64,000 nucleotides of DNA from Thermodesulfobacteriota bacterium. GTDB lineage: Bacteria; Desulfobacterota; WTBG01; CAIYCZ01; CAIRTM01. The first letter of the stretch is position 1. Each line of letters opens with the position of its first letter. The notes below the pieces were generated by a model. The model saw nothing but the letters and a program-made list of their open reading frames with translations, did not search any database and was not told where the DNA came from. A program made the position numbers and the translations under genes. Positions 59,604 to 64,000 of the stretch are shown piece after piece. The stretch is from positions 7,787-71,786 of the forward strand of contig JANQGV010000012.1 of the NCBI GenBank assembly GCA_028282925.1, written 5' to 3'.

Positions 59604-62531
59604 TCAGCCCTTAAGTAATTCTCGAAATTCAAGATAACCACGACTGCCCAGATAATGAATAAAATCCTCAGCCGCTGAAGCTGCTGGTGATCGTAGAACC
59701 TTTATCAAGATAGACTTTGCATGGTCACGCCAGCCATATACGCCCCAGCCTTCCCGATCACCTCTAGCCATCAGTTCAAGGCAGGTAACAGTCTCGGTTG
59801 GCATTGAAGGAGCAAGTTCTTCTAGCTTTTCCAACACTTCGTCTTCCGGCTCAATCTTCCCGGCGATCCTTATTGCTTCAATCAATTGTGCCAGTGCCCA
59901 GCAATCATCATAAACACCTGAAGCAAACCACCATCCGAATTCTCGCATTTCATATTTATACTTGTCATGTTCCGCACTCTCTTTGGCAGCTGCAAGTCTC
60001 TCTTCCCAAAATAGTTTTAAACGATCTAGGATTTCAGGCAATACTGTTTGCTTATAATCATACAAGCTTCGACCTACGTATTCTACAGCATCTCCCCGTA
60101 GTTCAGGGTCTGCCTTTTCCCAAAATTGATCAAATATAACCCTAGTTTCTTCACCGCTAAGTTTGCCTCGCCAATAAAGTGTCATTACATGCTCAGCGAG
60201 ATGCCTGTCCGCATCATATATGCTGTGACCGCTACCCTGTATATCAATCTGCTTAACAGCATACTTGTACTGGTCTGTAAGTAATTCAAAGACATTATCA
60301 TACACGGAACAGTAAACAACGTAAGTATTCCATGCTGCATAAAAATATTTTTCAGAAAGGTTATCCAATGGAAAGATGTTGAATATCTGCTCAGCAGACC
60401 AACTAGAATCAAGCAGAACCAGCCAGGGGAACCATTGACCATAGACGGCCCTGATTGCAATGGAGGGATCTTTTGATACATCAAGATGGCGCTCAAGCAT
60501 TGTTCGCACTTCTTGCATTTCATCAAAGCCACGGCTGATAAGCTCTGGTGAATCAGATTGCTTATCAAAATATCGTCGGAGCCAAAGAGCATAACGCACA
60601 ACAGCATGCATTGCTTCACCGCGGGTCGTGTTGATAGAAAGGGTAACCGGATCCAAGTTTTCATCACCATACTGTTCTTCATCCTCCGGTGCCGGATCAG
60701 GGTCGTCTGTCAGCGACTCAAGTATTTGCCATACGATTTCACGATCTTCTATAGCAAAGCCTCCAACCTCTTCATCGAACCCAGCTGACAAAAGTCCTGC
60801 AATGGCCTTCCGAGTCCAGCCCCAGTCAGGGTCCATATCAAAATCCTTGTCTGGCCTGCCAGGTATCTCGTGTGGCTGATCCATTATCCAGCGGCAAAGA
60901 TCAATTACAGATTTCCATTGAAAATATTTACCTAATTTTAAAGCCGATTGAAGACCGGATAACAATGACCGCACATATGTTGGATCAAGTTCTTTAAAAG
61001 AATGGGCGTTTTTTGCATATGTTTCTGGGTTTTGAGTTGCAATCGCGGAAAGTTCTCTGCCCAAACCTTCAGGAGAAGATTTAAAAGGACCCTCAGGCGG
61101 TGCCCATGTTCTGAGGAATTCGACAAGTTCTTCAATCGACATTTTTTTTAAATTTTCAGCGTTTACAGGGCTTGTCGGCCCTACCCAACTGCATGTGATT
61201 CTTCCCTCAGGTTTTGGTTCTCCATATTCTGATACCAATTTATCATAATACGTTTTCCAGCCTTCAGGCAGACTCTCTTTAATCCAATTGAGCCGAAAAA
61301 GTTGCCAGGTCTTTGTATATCGTGCGTTGTCATCATCGGTAACCTTTTCGCCGGTTCTCCGTTCTCTACTTTGTTTATATGAAGCCACTTCCGGTCCTTG
61401 TTCAATCCAACTCAATATTTTTTGTTTCTGCGCAATAGTTAAATTATCAAAATGTTCTCTGATTAACAGCGAATATTCATGTTCTAAGCATCGGTCATTG
61501 AACAGTTCCATAGATGTAAGATAGTTTGCAGCTGTCTCCGGAACAACATTAGAGTACAATCGTAGTATGTGGAGGGATATGCGTTTGAAAATTTTCCATG
61601 GATAGCGTTCAAGTGTTTGAATTAGTACAGGAACTTTGGATGTATCCTGCTGTGCAATCTGCTCAGCCCCAGCACGTACTGCTTTAACCAAGGCATGGTT
61701 GATTCTGCGGCCACGGTTCTGTTCATTCTCCTCAACAGACGGGCGCCATATATAGGAATAATCTTCAAAACCGTTATCCTTTGTATTTCTGCCTGACAAG
61801 TCAATGTAGGATTGCAGCAGATCACAGAACAGCTCTAACGCTTCAAAATCACCTGCTCGAACAAGCTCGGGCATAATCTTTTCTAGAATTTTATTATATT
61901 GGTAATTATCAAACCTGGCTTTTGGCTCATAAGGATAACTATGTTTTTGTTCTTTCTCTGAATCGTTTTTTGAATGTGAATCCGGCAGGATTTCAAACAT
62001 CACCCGGGCCAAGTCCAAAGCAGACGCTGTTTGTCCACCCTTTGCCAAGTTTACTATAAAGTGAGCAAGTTTTTCTGTAAGTGACATTTGATATTTTGTG
62101 CCCGCCCAAGTTTTAGCTTTATCCAGTAATCTGACAGAAATTTCAGGCGGCATCTTAATGGCCACATCCGCAAGGTCTTCATACACCCGGACATTATTCG
62201 TATCCGGTATCTGCAAAACAATTGCAAGAACCTTTTCCGGTTCGATTGCAGCCATCCGAGCCAGATAGCGTGATTCTGGCCAAGGGGGTAGGCTGATTGT
62301 TCCTTTAACTTCATCAATCTCAGCTTTTGGTGGTTTTGTAAAAAAACCCTCTGTTTTAAGGGGGTCTATCCACTCAGGAGCATCAAGTCGATCAAAAAAG
62401 TACTTGCAAACACCTTCATCTTCTATAAGTTTTTTTATTCTCTCTAAGCTATCTGCAATTGGATGTTGTATGAGCAATCTATCTATTTCGCTTATTCTGT
62501 TAAAAAATTTATCTTGGCTCAATTCACCCAC
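59604..62531 (-). CDS. Large (975 aa) all-helical protein, translationally coupled downstream of the SIR2 gene; candidate sensor/partner subunit (DSR2 C-terminal-domain analogue?)
   Basis: No Walker A/B or other catalytic motif. Trp-rich and predicted alpha-helical throughout. Its start codon lies 7 nt after the SIR2 stop. Confidence 0.6.
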   Translation of the reverse strand: MGELSQDKFFNRISEIDRLLIQHPIADSLERIKKLIEDEGVCKYFFDRLDAPEWIDPLKTEGFFTKPPKAEIDEVKGTISLPPWPESRYLARMAAIEPEKVLAIVLQIPDTNNVRVYEDLADVAIKMPPEISVRLLDKAKTWAGTKYQMSLTEKLAHFIVNLAKGGQTASALDLARVMFEILPDSHSKNDSEKEQKHSYPYEPKARFDNYQYNKILEKIMPELVRAGDFEALELFCDLLQSYIDLSGRNTKDNGFEDYSYIWRPSVEENEQNRGRRINHALVKAVRAGAEQIAQQDTSKVPVLIQTLERYPWKIFKRISLHILRLYSNVVPETAANYLTSMELFNDRCLEHEYSLLIREHFDNLTIAQKQKILSWIEQGPEVASYKQSRERRTGEKVTDDDNARYTKTWQLFRLNWIKESLPEGWKTYYDKLVSEYGEPKPEGRITCSWVGPTSPVNAENLKKMSIEELVEFLRTWAPPEGPFKSSPEGLGRELSAIATQNPETYAKNAHSFKELDPTYVRSLLSGLQSALKLGKYFQWKSVIDLCRWIMDQPHEIPGRPDKDFDMDPDWGWTRKAIAGLLSAGFDEEVGGFAIEDREIVWQILESLTDDPDPAPEDEEQYGDENLDPVTLSINTTRGEAMHAVVRYALWLRRYFDKQSDSPELISRGFDEMQEVRTMLERHLDVSKDPSIAIRAVYGQWFPWLVLLDSSWSAEQIFNIFPLDNLSEKYFYAAWNTYVVYCSVYDNVFELLTDQYKYAVKQIDIQGSGHSIYDADRHLAEHVMTLYWRGKLSGEETRVIFDQFWEKADPELRGDAVEYVGRSLYDYKQTVLPEILDRLKLFWEERLAAAKESAEHDKYKYEMREFGWWFASGVYDDCWALAQLIEAIRIAGKIEPEDEVLEKLEELAPSMPTETVTCLELMARGDREGWGVYGWRDHAKSILIKVLRSPAASAAEDFIHYLGSRGYLEFRELLKG

Positions 62532-62537
62532 CTCCCT

Positions 62538-63434
62538 TTATATGTCAAAGCCACTTTTAAAAGGTGCTGGCCTTTTTTTCATATCACTATGTTCAACACA
62601 TCCGCGTAGTATTTCTTCAAGCCCCCTAAAATCATCACCTTTTGGATCAAATATGATTGGTTCAATTTCCAAAGCGCTAAAAAGGGCTATCATTTCATCA
62701 TATTCTTCTTTTTGTTCCCCAGTCTTTTGATTTAATGCCGGCCACAAAATGTGTTTAGTAAATATTTTCGATATGCTTGTTTTTGGTTTGATCTCCAATT
62801 GAATTGTATTCGCATATGTGATTAACTCACTAAGATATCTTTCTGTTGGATTAAACCCAATGAATAACACTTTTTCATAAACAAAAAGGTTCAGTAAAAA
62901 CCCTGGCAATAAGCTTTCTTTGCCATACGCACCTTTAAAAGCCCTTTGACCAAAAATCAATTTGTGGTGTTCGTAATTATTCTTTTCAGAGTCATAGCAT
63001 CCATGAATATAATACAAAGCCTGTTCCAACCCTTTCGACATAGATATATCTGGATAAGCATATCTTGCATTGATATCTTCATGCCTGAAGTGATTCTCAA
63101 CCCAAGGATCAAAATTTGTTGTGATAAAAGCTTTAAAAGGGAGTCGTGGTATATAATTTAAAGCTGGTCTGGAAGTTGCAATGTCTTTTGGGAAGAATTC
63201 TTGAAATGTTTTTTCATATTCTGATGGATTAGCATCAAAACATGCATCAATAACCTGTGGTAGGTTCTCAGAGTCAAAATCAACCCTACAACGGTCTGCA
63301 ATTTTCTTAACGCTTTCTTTCCATAGCTCCCCCGGAGGAATAGATAATCCTGCACCAAAAAAGACAATACAGTCCCCACCTAAAACAACTTTTTTTATTT
63401 TGTCAATCGCATCTGTTTCTGCAGTGCGTTTCAT
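62538..63434 (-). CDS. SIR2-family (defence-type SIR2_2-like) NADase-domain protein
   Basis: Rossmann motif VFFGAGLSIPPGELW, ITTNFDPW (compare TTNYD of ThsA/DSR2 SIR2 domains), catalytic-His context YYIHGCYD, and VLFIGFNP (compare FIGYS). 298 aa. Confidence 0.75.
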   Translation of the reverse strand: MKRTAETDAIDKIKKVVLGGDCIVFFGAGLSIPPGELWKESVKKIADRCRVDFDSENLPQVIDACFDANPSEYEKTFQEFFPKDIATSRPALNYIPRLPFKAFITTNFDPWVENHFRHEDINARYAYPDISMSKGLEQALYYIHGCYDSEKNNYEHHKLIFGQRAFKGAYGKESLLPGFLLNLFVYEKVLFIGFNPTERYLSELITYANTIQLEIKPKTSISKIFTKHILWPALNQKTGEQKEEYDEMIALFSALEIEPIIFDPKGDDFRGLEEILRGCVEHSDMKKRPAPFKSGFDI

Positions 63435-63607
63435 TGCACTTCACCTCGGGGAAATTTCATCAGAGACGGACAGTCGTTGGACTACAAAATTGATTCATTT
63501 CAGGTTTATGTGTTTGCTTATTTCCCGCAACAAAATAGTTATCAAATTAATACATATGATGCTTTTTATTTTTCTGAGCGAAAAAAATAAGGATGTCCTT
63601 ATGTATT

Positions 63608-64000
63608 TCAAGAGCTCGATCCGGGGTGCGCGAATGTTGTTTCGCGAGTTATTTTGTTTTCTTTTTCCAGATGAACCAAAACCCAAGGTAATATTTTGTT
63701 CAAAGCCTTTTCATTAGGGTAAGCAGTAATTAGAGAATTTTCAATTTCAGTTTTTCCTGCTTCTGAATTTTCAATCAATAGCTCTGAGGTTTCGGGCGGG
63801 ATGTATTCATAAATATTAAATTTTTGCTTAATAAAAAACAGATTTTCATTGATTACGGGAATTGCTCTTTGCTGCTGTTCGGCGTTTAATGCGTTTAAAA
63901 GTGTTTCTGTCAGATATACTCCATGTGGTAACCCGACCATGGCATCATGTGCATATTGGATCCCCCTGCCACCACATAGACTTACGCTTGTATGTTGTGA
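63608..64000 (-). CDS. Hypothetical protein, 5' end beyond the window (the frame stays open through 64000)
   Basis: Minus-strand reading frame with no stop between 63940 and 64000 (…STTYKRKSMWWQGIQYAHDAMVGLPHGVYL…). Upstream of, and in the same orientation as, the SIR2 operon. Confidence 0.4.
   Translation of the reverse strand, partial: SQHTSVSLCGGRGIQYAHDAMVGLPHGVYLTETLLNALNAEQQQRAIPVINENLFFIKQKFNIYEYIPPETSELLIENSEAGKTEIENSLITAYPNEKALNKILPWVLVHLEKENKITRETTFAHPGSSS

Larger units (their letters stand above)
58161..64000. mobile_element. AT-rich genomic island (continues beyond the window), probably integrated at a tRNA/tmRNA 3' end; carries a candidate defence locus
   Basis: Base composition drops abruptly from ~55-60% GC to roughly 35-40% at 58161. 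The edge is marked by the tRNA-3'-end fragment. The genes inside (SIR2, HEPN-like, large helical protein) are typical defence-island content. Confidence 0.55.

Noticed and set aside
1-64000. CRISPR arrays, rRNA genes, IS elements or transposases
   Set aside because: I found no regularly spaced short direct repeats, no 16S/23S-like conserved stretches, and no ORF with transposase or integrase motifs (DDE, RHRY) in this window.

Overview
This 64 kb window looks like a chromosomal segment from an anaerobic, roughly 55-60% GC bacterium, most likely a Desulfobacterota-type deltaproteobacterium. Supporting this are a tungsten-type aldehyde:ferredoxin oxidoreductase with a sigma-54 promoter, a split MetH, ThyX, and tightly packed or overlapping operons. 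The first half is organised around vitamin B12. I recognise four cobalamin riboswitches by eye, two on each strand, falling into two paralogous pairs. (1) 1000-1205 controls btuF-btuC-btuD, a BtuG-like beta-propeller surface protein, a BtuB-like TonB-dependent receptor and a small paralogous-domain protein, followed by a LuxR regulator and exbB-exbD-tonB. (2) 10850-11045 controls two large secreted multidomain proteins that share a C-terminal domain, which I take as candidate B12-binding surface proteins. (3) 26590-26780 on the minus strand controls a second TonB-dependent receptor. (4) 32690-32835 on the minus strand controls cobN plus a chlI/chlD-fusion chelatase operon. A B12-dependent methionine synthase (metH core plus a separate activation-domain gene), thyX and an XRE-cyclase fusion lie between these. 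The second half carries a BaeSR-like envelope-stress module (Spy-like protein, histidine kinase, response regulator, TetR, RND tripartite pump), a Cys-rich repeat protein, a GH65 phosphorylase with beta-phosphoglucomutase, MarR, the aldehyde:ferredoxin oxidoreductase (AOR) with its divergent sigma-54 activator, a DedA-family protein, two PEMT/ICMT-like methyltransferases and a Tat-signal UbiD-family decarboxylase. The last ~6 kb (58.16 kb to the window end) is an abrupt AT-rich island. It begins exactly at a 23-nt tRNA/tmRNA 3'-end fragment of the kind left at an attachment-site scar, and a more degenerate copy of that fragment sits at 54.25 kb, which suggests two tandem integrations. The island encodes a SIR2-family protein translationally coupled to a 975-aa all-helical partner, an arrangement resembling a split DSR2, plus a HEPN-motif/zinc-ribbon protein. 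I consider this a candidate, previously undescribed anti-phage defence locus. I found no CRISPR array, rRNA or intact tRNA.
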